Source of the DNA: the human T2T-CHM13v2.0 reference genome, Homo sapiens
Strand: one strand, 5' to 3'
Assembly (NCBI RefSeq): GCF_009914755.1
Contig: NC_060928.1
DNA length: 64,000 nt
The first letter of the stretch is position 1. Each line of letters starts with the position of its first letter. Shown in pieces: positions 30,151 through 42,018 of this stretch. The notes beneath the pieces are model-generated. The model was given only the letters and a program-made list of their open reading frames with translations, ran no database searches and was not told where the DNA came from. Position numbers and translations under genes: made by a program.

Positions 30151-31249
30151 GTAAGCTTTTGATTTGCATACAGAACACAATTTCTTCAGTGGTTTTAATG
30201 AAAACATCTTATTCTGACCATATCATAATTGTATATCTTCTGCTGAACAGCACAAAGCACATTACATGTTTGTGAAAAATCTTCATCCAAGTTTTCTTTT
30301 TTTCCAATTCAGATCTCTTTCAAACTCTTTACTTCTTTATTGTGCATTTGTTATTTGAGATGCCTTAAGGATCTTGCCTTCTACCCTAAGTGGGATTTGA
30401 AGGCATTTTATCTTTTTCTGGAGAAAAAAAATTGCTGAGTTCTTCTGAAAGGCATTCTTTTGAAAACAATTTTTTCTATATTGTTCTATTGGCTTCTATT
30501 ATTTATGTCCCTACTCCTTCATTTCATGTTTTACCCTGGGTGATTTCATGCCCACATGCATGCTTGCGCACCCTACTCAAAAGAGTTGATGAACACATGC
30601 AGGTTTTCTCTCCTTCTGGCCTTCTTGGTCTCTCCTCTCCCCTCATATTCAGAGTCCCAGGCCTGCCAGAGCCCAGCAATTCTCTTCTCCCTCTCCCCTC
30701 CAAGCACCCCATCAAACAAGATTGGAGGCAGTGCTCATGGACACAATCAGTGCTGAAGAGAGAAAGTTGACAAAGAATAATGGAAGCAGGGAAAAAGAAG
30801 TCATGCCACATAATGCATTTTAGCCAGTTGAAAAAGTTTATGGTGCATCCTGTAGTTCAGAAAAGTGCTTTGAAAGAAAGATTTTCATTCTTGCCAGCCC
30901 GACTTACCATGATCTTCCTTTAATAAACACACAACAAAGGGTCCTGTAGGAGAAACAGCTGAGGCTGAGCTCAGTCTGTGGATAAAACAAACAGTTCAGA
31001 GACTGTCAGCAGGTGAGCTTTGTTTTTGATGTGTTTATTCTCTGAAGTGCCTGAGCTGTCAGCAACCAGGGCCCTCAACCCAGACAGCTCCCCTGCCTAC
31101 CTTCCCGCAGTGTGGGGAAAGGCTATCCATAAAGCAGGGCCCTAAATGATCTTTAAGATAACTTAAAGACATACTGATGATTTTGTACAATAGCAAAATA
31201 AAATCAGGATGAATTACAAAGTTAAATGTTAAAAAATTGAGACAATAGG

Positions 31250-31920
31250 GTGTTTTGAAAACTGAACAGTCAACCAAGAAATCATAAAGGTGTAGATCGA
31301 TAGATTTGATATATATAATTAAAGGGAAAAAATGTAGATGAAATTGACTAGAAAAACAAATGATTGTACCGCATTGACAAGCAAAGCACTAACATTTTTA
31401 TTATTAAAGGAGTTTTCACATTTGAGCAAAAAATGATGAACACTAAAAGGTTAAAAAAAGCTGGCAATTCACAAAAAAATTTAATGACAAGTAAACATAT
31501 GAAAAGCATTAAACTTCACTAAAAATTAAAGAGTATAAATTACTATAACAGATACATTAAAACTCATACATTTGGTGATAAACTTTTCTAAGACAATTTA
31601 TATTGTTGGCAGGGTGTGAGAGAAAAGGAGCATTCTAATCGTTTGCTGGGGAGTGAAAATTAGAGGAACATCTTGAGAAAGCAATTTGGCAAACTGGAAC
31701 AACATTCTAAAAAATGTTCTTATATTTTGATTCACATCTATTTATTTATCATGAAGAAAGCAAAGATGTGTTAAAACACACACACACAAGCATAAGGATT
31801 TTCATTTGAATTCTATTTGTAATAATAAAAAGTTGCAATCATGAATGTACAAGAAAAGAGGAAGTTAAAATAGCTATGTCTTAAATACAATGAAATATCA
31901 TGGAAATATTATAAATCAAG
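31250..31920 (+). mobile_element. Old L1 (L1ME-like) 3' fragment
   Basis: GGCAATTCACAAAAAA...AAACATATGAAAAG...GAAAGCAATTTGGCAA. Confidence 0.6.
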
Positions 31921-32339
31921 TTTTCCCACCCAGTGTCAACAGCAAAATGATATCTTAACACTCAAGGAAAAATAAAATACCTCTCAAGTAGTTATGGAAA
32001 CCTCAAGCTATTTTAACTCGATCAGTTAAAATTATCCAACTATGTCTTGCTGTTTTGATTCCAAATTTATAAAAACTGATTCAAACCTGTATTGGGTAGT
32101 TTTGTGTTGTTTTGCTGTTATAATTTGCTTCTAGGAAAATAATATCTTCAATTTGGAACATGGAATAAGTTGGACCCACTTGATATGTAATTTTTAATAA
32201 AATTATTAAATCGATAATTTTTAAAGTAAACTTATATTTTATGAAAATGTATTCAAAATATCTGATTTCCCCAAATGAGTGCTAGAAGAAAAAACAAGGT
32301 AAAAGCCCATATTTAGCAGTACAACCTTAGTTATGTTAA

Positions 32340-33510
32340 ATATTTATTCAACAATTATTGAACATTCAACAAATAGTTATTGAGCTCCCATTGTATGCCA
32401 GGCACTCTTATAGGTACTGGGGATACAACGAACAAGGCCAGCACCAACTGAAATATCTGCCTTCATTGAGCCTGCAACCTAGAGAGAGAGCAAGACCCTT
32501 CTTAATAAACAAATGTGTAATATAAAAGAATTTTGGGAAGTGTTCTAGGGCAAAATAAGTCAGGGAAGAGAATTGGGGTGTATGCGGTAGGAGGAATGTG
32601 ACTGAATTTTAAAACAAGTAATCAAAAATCACTTACGTGACACTTGGTCAAAGACCTAATTGTTGTATGGTTGTGAGAAAGTCAGCCTGTGGTCTGGGAA
32701 AAGCATTCCAGGCAGATGGAACGCCGCGTACACATGTCTTAGGTGAGAGTTTTCTGATGGGTTCTGTAAACGTATAGAGATTACTGCGGCTGAAGCTGAG
32801 TCAATGAAGGAAGAGGAATGGGCTCAGGTCCTTTGGAGTCCTGCAGCCCTTTGAAAGGAATTGTCCTTTTATTCTGAGTAAAATAGGAAAAGAAGATTCT
32901 GAGCTCAGTTGTGGCACAAACTCAGTGGCTTGCATTTCAAAGGAATCCCTCTGGCTTTTGGGTGAATATAAAATAAAGGGAGTCAAAATTGAATGTGTGC
33001 CGGGTGAACAAGGTAGGGTTCCAGGATGATTCCAAGGGTTTTGACCTGAACAACAAAATGATAAGAGTTCTCCATTCCTGAGGAGGAGCAGGTTCGGAAG
33101 GGACTTTTTTGTGAACATATTAATGTCCAAATTTTGGCACACGAACACATTAGATTTCCAAGTAGATGTGCTGAGTGGGTAGTTACAGGTATGCAGATGG
33201 ACTTCAAGGAGGCGCAGTCTGAGCTAGAGACAGGCACAAAGTCAACATACATATGGTCTTAAAGTCTATTAACATAGATGAATTTACCAAAGGATGAGTG
33301 GAGAAGACAGGACGTCCACAACTAGGCCCTTGGCCAATCCATCCAAGAGGTCAGGAAGATGAGGAGGAAGCAAAGGGGCAGGAGCAAGAGCAGCAAGGGA
33401 AACAGAAGGAAAACCAGAGCTATCCCGGAAGGCAGGAAAAGAGCACTTCAAGAGGACAGAGTGATCAACTCTGCCAGGTAACATGACAGCTAAGAGTGAA
33501 TTAGGTAGGT
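32340..33510 (-). mobile_element. L2 (about 1.1 kb)
   Basis: Starts at the L2 tail CATTCAACAAATAGTTATTGAGCTCCCATTGTATGCCAGGCACT. Contains GCATTCCAGGCAGA and GATGATTCCAAGG...GACCTGAACAAC. Confidence 0.85.
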
Positions 33511-33597
33511 TTAACAATCAATATTTTTCCATGTAGATTTCTGTGTAGGCATGTAGGGTTGGGTGTGTTTGTGTTTGGGTGGATGTGTAAATGGAAC

Positions 33598-33798
33598 GCC
33601 ATAAAGCAAAACATTAATAGTGGTTGAACATGTATTGCACTCTAAGAAAAAAACTTGCTACAAGTAAAATATAAGGAAATCATTAGAAAATTTATGTAAC
33701 AATGTACTATAAGTTATTTTCAGGAGCTTAGTAGATTTGATCATTGATGCCACTTTTCTTTTTAGTATACTTTAAGTTTTAGGGTACATGTGCAGAAC
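33598..33798 (+). repeat. 201-bp dispersed direct repeat, copy A (probable source)
   Basis: Matches 35946-36146 except at 2 positions. Confidence 0.97.
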
Positions 33799-33943
33799 GT
33801 GCAGGTTAGTTACGTATGTATACATGTGCCATGTTGGTGTGCTGCACCCAGTATCTCGTCATTTAGCATTAGGTATATCTCCAAATGCTATCCCTCCCCA
33901 CTCCCCCCACCTCACAACAGGCCCCGGTGTGTGATGTTCCCCT
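33753..33943 (-). mobile_element. Short young L1PA (PA3/PA4-like) 3'UTR fragment
   Basis: TATACTTTAAGTTTTAGGGTACATGTGCA...ATTAGGTATATCTCC...GTGTGATGTTCCCC. Confidence 0.92.
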
Positions 33944-34621
33944 TTGATTTACCATTCTTTTTACATTAAGGATGCTACTTTTTTATGAAGAAAAAATAAT
34001 GGAAACAATAAAAGTTCTGGTGGTCCTTGAGGTAATATGAGTGCCTTTCATCATCCTTCCTTCATTAGATCACCTCATTTTGATGTAAATGATAAAACAA
34101 GTTACCATGTGAGATTTATCTCACAGAACCTCTGTGTCTGTGCCATTTGTGAAACAAGATTGTTAAGGGGATTGAATGAGTTACATTATGTATGCTTGTA
34201 CAACAAGGCCTGGAACACTGTATGCCTTGCATAACTATCACCTGTCATAATTATTTGTTAAAAAGTTCTAAATAGCAAAACATTGAAAGAGAAGCCACTG
34301 ACATATAAAGTTGAGAACATAGATTTTGAGGCTGAACATAATGAGTGTAAATCTCAGTTTTGCCACTTGCTCTCACCAAGACCTTGAGCAGATTATATAA
34401 CCTCTGGCTTAATTTCCTTACGTGCAAAATGACCATAAAATATCTATTAGACTGGGAAGTTGGAATCTTTACAGTATGCAGTATGTCTGTGTCTTAGAAG
34501 GTACACAGTGCTCCCTATCTTTAGAATTTATATTTGAAAACTTGTTGTTATGACATAAATGCATTTCAGTTAGTTTTTTTCCCCTAGGTAACTATACAAG
34601 AAATTTAATACTGTTACGTGC

Positions 34622-34680
34622 TGTATCGGTCACTCTTCTCCAGAAAAACAAAAAGAATAAGAGAACAACAAAAGAATAAG

Positions 34681-34732
<52 letters not shown>

Positions 34733-35080
34733 AGAGAGAAAGAGAAAGATTTATTTTAAGGAATTGGCTCACATGATCATGGAGGCTGGCAGGTCCAAAG
34801 TCTGCAGAGTGGGCATCTAGTGTGGAGACCCATGAAAGAGCCGATGTTGTGGTTCAAGTCCAAAGGCTGTCAGCTGGCAGCATTCCCTCTTGCTGCAGGA
34901 GATCAGTCTTTTATTCAACTTAGGCCTTCAACTGTTTGATGAGGCCCACCCACATATAAAGGGAAATCTGCTTTACTCAAAGGCCACTGATTTAAATATT
35001 CCTCTCACCCAAAAGCACCATCGCAGGGTACTGTGGTCACTGTGGCCCAAACATGTTGATGCATAAAATTAACTGTCACA
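34622..35080 (-). mobile_element. MLT2 (ERVL) solo LTR with internal (TG)n
   Basis: GATTTATTTTAAGGAATTGGCTCACATGAT...CATAAAATTAACTGTCACA. Confidence 0.88.
34682..34730 (+). repeat. Perfect (TG)~24 microsatellite
   Basis: Direct reading of the sequence. Confidence 0.98.
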
Positions 35081-35397
35081 TCTTCTTTTTATCAGAAAGT
35101 AATATGAAAATAAAATATGGTCACTGAATCATAGATTTCCCTCAAGTCAGAAACCAGGGAGTCTGCCTATGCCCATTCTTCTCTCTAATTAGTCAACAAA
35201 GCCTGAACATGGTGCTCCTCAATAGATCTCAAATCCATCCCTGATCTCCAACTCTGTTGTCATCGTTTTAGTTAAATCTGCCCTTCTTTCTCATCTTTAC
35301 TAATGCAATAGTGTCAGCTTATCAAACTGTAGGTTTCTTTCCTGTTAGACTCAAGCTTGAGTGTAGAGAGCTGTTCCACAAGAAAAACTGAGGGACT

Positions 35398-35553
35398 TGA
35401 TGGGTGCAGTGGCTCACACCTGTAATCCCAGCACTTTGGGAGGCTGAGGCAGATGGATCACTTGAGGTCAGGAGTTCAAGACCAGCCTGGTCAACATGGT
35501 GAAACCCTGTCTCTACTAAAAATACAAAAAGTAGTTGAGTGTGGTTGTGGTGT
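35398..35553 (+). mobile_element. 3'-truncated AluS (left arm and linker only)
   Basis: Alu sequence stops shortly after CTACTAAAAATACAAAAA. Confidence 0.92.
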
Positions 35554-35554
35554 A

Positions 35555-35763
35555 CGATGACAGACTGGTCCCCAGGAAATAAGAGGGTTTGTTTTGGGAA
35601 AGGGATATTATTGTTTTTGTTCTAAACTATAAGTTCCTCACAAAGTTAGTTCAGCCTACATCCAGAAATGAACAAGGACAGCTTGGAGGTTAGAAGCAAG
35701 ATAGAGTTGGTTAGATCAAATGTCTTTCACTGTCTCAGTTATAATTTTACAGTGGTGGTTTCA
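35555..35763 (-). mobile_element. LTR8 (ERV1) 5' fragment
   Basis: Minus strand begins TGAAACCACCACTGTAAAATTATAACTGAGACAGTGAAAG...CTTCTAACCTCCAAGCTGTCCTTGTTCATT. Confidence 0.8.
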
Positions 35764-35766
35764 CAC

Positions 35767-35769
<3 letters not shown>

Positions 35770-35799
<30 letters not shown>
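35770..35799 (+). repeat. (CA)~14 microsatellite
   Basis: Direct reading of the sequence. Confidence 0.95.
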
Positions 35800-35801
<2 letters not shown>

Positions 35802-35945
35802 ATCTGCTAATTTAGGTTCTGGTTCTGTTACTTAACTATTGGCTCTTGAGCAAGTAACATCACTGATCCTGCCTCATTTACAAAATAAGAATCATAATGA
35901 TCGTAATACCTACCTGACAGAGTAAGAAAGGCTTCAATACAGGCA

Positions 35946-36146
35946 GCCATAAAGCAAAACATTAATAGTGGTTGAACATGTATTGCACTCTAAGAAAAAA
36001 ACTTGCTACAAGTAAAATATAAGGAAATCATTAGAAAATTTATGTAAAAATGTACTATAAGTTATTTTCAGGAGCTTAGTAGATTTGATCATTGATGCCA
36101 CTTGTCTTTTTAGTATACTTTAAGTTTTAGGGTACATGTGCAGAAC
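35946..36146 (+). repeat. 201-bp dispersed direct repeat, copy B (probable insertion into a MIR tail)
   Basis: Matches 33598-33798. MIR-like sequence at about 35810-35945 precedes it. Confidence 0.97.
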
Positions 36147-37483
36147 CTTTCAATCAATACATAGGCCATTTAAAATTATTTGTTTGAAACTCAGTATTCA
36201 GGAAAGCAGCAGGATAAATTGAGGGGAGTGTGGGGAAGGTCTGCTGGTGGCAATGGGTGAGCGTAAGGGCTACGCCATCTTAGAAGACTTTATGATAAAC
36301 ACTTGCCACTCATGCATTTTAACATGATAAAATTGTGATCCAAATATAAAATTTTGTGCATTTAAAGGACTTGAACATTTAGGTGGACTATTGAGATTTC
36401 TGATTCTCCATAATATTTCTTTTTCCACCACTGCTAAACCTGACATTTACTTCAAAAAAAAAAGGAGGAAAACTAATCAAATTCTGTATAAAAGGTCAAC
36501 AAAATTCATTAAGATCTTCTGGTTTCAGATTTATACAGAATATCTAATGATTTCAACAAAAAAAAATGGTGTATCTACTACTTGAGGCCAGGAATTATCC
36601 TTTTGGGGTCTCTACTATGATTTAGACTGTCTCTTTTATTAGGCAGAATTCGGAAAAACTCTTATGGACATTGTCCTTTATGAAGGTAGTAAGAAAAGCA
36701 ACACTGGTGTATGTGGCGGCAGGGTGTGTGTGGGGATGTGCATGGGTGTATGCACACACACAAGTATGTGTGGACATGCCTGCATGCATGCTTAGAAGAA
36801 CCAATGTTGTTATGGTTCTGTGATCTATGTCTCTATGTTTCCATTAAGATGAGAAAGGCCAGCATAAAAGAGTGCAGGTTCTGCAAACAGCAGGCAGAGA
36901 TACTAAACTAAGGGTGAAAGGAAATAAGATTTGTGACAGCATTTTGAGAAGCACAGGGTACTCTCCAAATGTAAGGAGGTGGTGTAGTATTGTGGTATTC
37001 TTATCACTGCTAGTATTTATAAATAACCAGAAGAAAGCAAACATATGTCTTTTATATTCAGAGACCAGTTGGTCAGGCACATATTTTTCTTACATTTCAG
37101 TGCATAATTAATGACATTATAAAAAGTCATTCTTAGTTAACAATTCTATTTAAATCCTGGGGATTGATTTATTTGCTACTTTTTACAATGAAAAAGATAA
37201 CCAAATGGTCCTGTTTGTAGTTGTTAGATCCATTTTCAGTGACATTTTTGGATCTGCTGTTGGTGTTAAAAGGTCTTGCATACGTTTGTGGACTAAATGC
37301 AAAGAACTACATATGACTTTGTGAGTTAATCCAAACAAACTAAGTACACTATGTTACTTCATGAAGTAATTGTTTAATGACAAACTGAAGTTATTGTTCT
37401 CAAATAATCCTGGTATTTAGTAATTTATCTATAGACTGGCGTTCAGATGCTGTGAATGGTAATGAGAGAGATCACATGACGAC

Positions 37484-37737
37484 CAGCTTTCCACAACTGT
37501 AGCAATTTGGCAGTTTTGCTCCCGCACCCCACCCCAACAACCCCAGGGTGGGACATTTGGCAAACTCTAGAGATTTTTTTTTATTGTCGTAACTAATTGG
37601 GAGAGGTGCTGGTGGTGTCTAGTCTATAGCGGCTAGAGAATGCTAGTGACCATCCTATGCACATCCTAGACAGAAAAACCCACACAACAATAGCTAGCTA
37701 GTCAGATGTCCATAGTGCCTGGGCTAAGAAGCCCTGC
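37484..37737. mobile_element. MER20 hAT-Charlie MITE
   Basis: GGGACATTTGGCAAACTCTAGAGATTTTTTTTATTGTC...GATGTCCATAGTGCCTGGGCTAAGAAGCCCTG. Confidence 0.75.
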
Positions 37738-39813
37738 TGTAAGCCAATGCTTCTCAAACTGTAGCTCATGGAGCAGCAGCCGGATCCCCAAAACCCAGTC
37801 CATGTTATGATGAGCTTACCGAAATGTAAATCAACTAGGTCACAGAGTAGTTCAGCTGATAGGTTTTATAATAAGGCTCTCAATGAAGGAAAGAGTGTAT
37901 TGAATTACATCTTGATGAAAGCTCATTATCTCCTCGATGACTGACGCCCAGAGTACAACTGTTTTAGTTCAAACATTCCCAGTCGCTCCCTTGGGTGGTC
38001 TCTGCTCACTCCCATAACGCAGCCCATGATTCTTCAGAGGATAAATATATCCCTAGACCCACAGCAGACCACTTTACATTGTCACAGAGTATTTTCTGAA
38101 CGCTTAACCTTCTGTTCTGTACCGCATTAAGGAAAACAAAGATTTTAAGTGGGCTTTGACTAAAGTGTATGCACTTGTAAAATGCAAAAATCACAGCAGA
38201 ATTTAAAAAGTGTACAAGTCAAAAATTATTTGAAAGAGAAGTAGCCATCGCTACTGGTTTAGTAAGTCTAAGTCCGCCTAAGTCTCACTATGGAAAAGAC
38301 AATTTAGTTATTTTCTCTTTAGTCACCCATAATTGTTCTACAAATTCCTTGCATAGTTGGAGTTTATGTCATTTTTCATATGCTATGTATTTTCATATAT
38401 TAAAATGTGGCTGATAAATATCTGTTGATATAATTGATTACAGAATCATAGTTTTAAGTCAGCACCAAATACAAAATTTTGTGGATGCCCCTATATATTA
38501 ACACTGTTAAGAATTAAATTCCTGGGCCTCACACCTACCAGTTTTAAATATCAATAACCCATTATGTGAATATATCTCTAAGTTACAAAAAAATTCAGTG
38601 TCATTTAATTTTCAGTAGCCAAAATAAAGCCTTAGCCAAATTAAGCCTTAGCCAATATACTTTATACTTTTAAACACAACTTCTGAAATACTCCAGTAAG
38701 TTTAACATTGGAATTATACCAACAAAAGGGCATCAGGCTAGAAAGAGTTTGCCCCTTAACACATTCTATGTAATCATTGCACCATGAGGAAAGCTATATT
38801 TGCTACACTTGACTCAAATTTGATCTTTATTAAACGGGACCAAAAGCTATTTCCCAGAGAATGGGCATCAAGTGGTCAATGTGCTAACGCAGTCCACATG
38901 AACTATAGCATATATTGGTGAAAATGAACAGTGAAAAGTTGTTAAGAATCAATAAAGATGGCAGATGAGCACCAATTGGTGGGCTGAAAAGAAAGCGGGG
39001 AAAAGGAATGCCTATTTTAGGGTTGATGTACATTGGAAAATCCAGAATGAATGAAATACAATATACCAACTTGCTACTACAATTGCCAGCACTACTATGT
39101 GTATAGGATACATCAACACACAGATATTGGAAGAGAATATAAAAAGCCTTGGGAAGTAAAGGGTTTCTAAGCCATGAATAGAACTAATGCCATAAAGTGA
39201 CTTACTAAATGGTATCCTGGTGACTTGAAAAATTAATACATTTTCCAAAAGTCTGAATGGACTCCCCAAAATATACTGAAAAACAGAAAAACCCTACGAG
39301 ACTTTAAAGGATAAAGAAATCACAGCAAAGTCTCCTTTCAGAGATTAAGGGTGTGTGTTTATGTGTGTCTATGTATGTGTATAAATGTTCTACATTTTTC
39401 GTTCTAATGATTGATTTACCAGTTCAGTCACTCAGTTGTAAAAGCTTTTAAATTTATACAACTATAGTTTCAAAATTATAAATGTCAGCAACATAACTAT
39501 AGTATAATATTAAGAATGTTTACTTACACTGGAAACTAGGTGGTAGAATGATTTGTTTTATATACATCTATTAAAGTTTTGGTTGGAAAAAATACATAAT
39601 CTTTAGCAACTGAATAACTGCATTTCTATTGTGCAGATAATTCAGAAGAATCTACTTCATCGTTATGATGATTCATGACTTTAAAAGAGTGAAGATGTTA
39701 ATATTTTGTGCTAAATATACATTTCCTGATTTATATCATGTCATATCATAATTTCAAAATGAAACAAATATACACAGTAATAAATAATATTTAACCTTTA
39801 AAACAGTCATCTG

Positions 39814-40187
<374 letters not shown>

Positions 40188-41142
40188 CTAGGCAGACCCT
40201 GAGTGTTCAAAATGGTGCATCAGAATCAGAATCTCAGGATTTAGGAGTCAGTTTATTATTTTTTAAAATCAACTTTTAAAAAATAACAGCAATAGACCAT
40301 CATCTTCCTATTGCTGCTGCAGATTCAAAGTTTTAGGAATAAGAGAATCTTCTTTAAAAGATAAATTTCTACACAATTAAGGCAATCACATATGCAAAGT
40401 GTTTGTAAAAACAACTCATTGAGTTGTTCATTTAGCAACTCAATGAAACACTCTCCAATTTATATTACATTTAAATTACAACATCACAATGGGCAAATGG
40501 CCAGACATCTTTCTTTCGAAAGACATCAAAACGAGTTACCCTTGTAGGTTAATTTTTGTGTAATTGCTTAATAATGTATACATTTAAGTTATAGTTGAGC
40601 ACAGCTTAGAAAAGAAACTAGTAGCCAAATTAGCCCTTTCTACTTTCATAAAAACCAGACATACTCAAAATGAATCAGGCCTGTCTGCACACCCAAATCT
40701 CAGAAACAAGCATGAATTTTCAAAATGCACACATAGTAAAAAACATTTTAACTAAGGACAGAAAAACCCGAGTTTTAATCCTTACCCTACCATTTATTTA
40801 GCTGGCAACCAAGAACCAATTATAATACTCCTTTAAGCCTCAGTGCTGTCATTTGTAAAATGGAGAATAAAACACTTTTATAACTTTTTGATGGAGATAA
40901 TTGAAGCAAAGTATATAATGGATATATCCCTATAGACAAACATTTAAAAAAAAACACTGCTTTCTCCTCTACTTTCCTTATTGCTACTAGAACACATTCT
41001 TATAAAGATTTCACAACTTCTAAATGCAGGTAGAAAATTAGAATAGCATACTTGACTCAGGACGGGTGGTGTGGCTTAATGAGAGCGTTTGCCAAATCCT
41101 TAGATATAAGATATATTTTATGTAATCTATGATTACTACAAC

Positions 41143-42018
41143 TGTTACCAGGAAGAGGTCTGGATCCAGACCCCAAGAGAGGGTTCTTGGGTCACATGCA
41201 AGAAAGAATTAAGGGCGAGTCTACAAAGTGAAAGCAAGTTTATTAGGAAAGTAAAGGAATAAAAGAATGGCTACTCCACAGACAGAGCAGCCCCGAGGGC
41301 TGCTGGCTGCCCGTTTTTATGGTTATTTCTGATGATATGCTAAACAAGGGGTGGATTATTCATGCCTCCCCTTTTTAGACAATATTAGGTAACTTCCTGA
41401 CGTTGTCATGGCATTTGTAAACTGTCATGGCGCTGATGGGAGTGCAGTAGTGAGGACGACCGGAGGTCACTCTCCTGTCCATCTTGGTTTTGCTGAGTTT
41501 TGGCCGGCTTCTTTACTGCAACCTAAATATAGGTCTTTATGACCTATATTTTGTGCTGACCTCGTATCTCATCTTGTGACTTATAATGCCTTAACCATCT
41601 GGAAATGCAGCTCCGTAGGTTTCAGCCTCATTTGTTACAGGGCTTTTCCTTAGTTCAGCTAATGACGGGGTCCTTGTCCGTCCAATGGCCATGAAAATTT
41701 AGGCTCACAGACAGTTTAAAGGGTGAGTAAAGCAGGGTTTTATTGAGTGAAAAGGGAATAAAAAGGGGAAACAGGGATCCTCCGCAAGGCCAGAGTCCCC
41801 TGCTAGAGTGCTTCCCGCCCGCCATTCAAATCCCACGTTCCACACAGGAAGAGGAGGGGCCAGGCTCCTCACTGCTGCAAACATCCTGAACTTCCCGAGG
41901 CTCCACCTCAGTGGGCAAGCTAGTTAGTTTCTCCAGGTTCCCCCCTCCCACCTGGTTGTCTCAGTTTTACCCAGCTCCTATTCAAGATGGAGTTGCTCTG
42001 GTTCACGCATCTCTGACA
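41143..42018 (-). mobile_element. MER41A-like ERV1 solo LTR, interrupted
   Basis: Minus strand begins TGTCAGAGATGCGTGAACCAGAGCAACTCCATCTTGAATAGGAGCTGGGTAAAA. TSD-like CAAC/CAAA. Confidence 0.85.
41633..41963 (-). mobile_element. MER61-like ERV1 solo LTR nested in MER41
   Basis: TG...CA ends; minus strand begins TGAGACAACCAGGTGGGAGGGGG. The host CAGCCTCATT|TTTACCCAGC rejoins across it. Confidence 0.7.

Noticed and set aside
30390-30811. Overlapping 126-aa and 95-aa ORFs in unique DNA
   Set aside because: No recognisable domain; low-complexity pyrimidine-rich composition; length within chance expectation.
35946-36146. L1 3' transduction as the origin of the 201-bp copy
   Set aside because: No added poly-A tail and no TSD, and the source is only 2.3 kb away, which favours DNA-templated repair.
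36643-36688. Possible small plus-strand exon (TTTTATTAG...GAAG|GTAGTAAG)
   Set aside because: Weak donor, no recognisable peptide and no supporting neighbouring exons.
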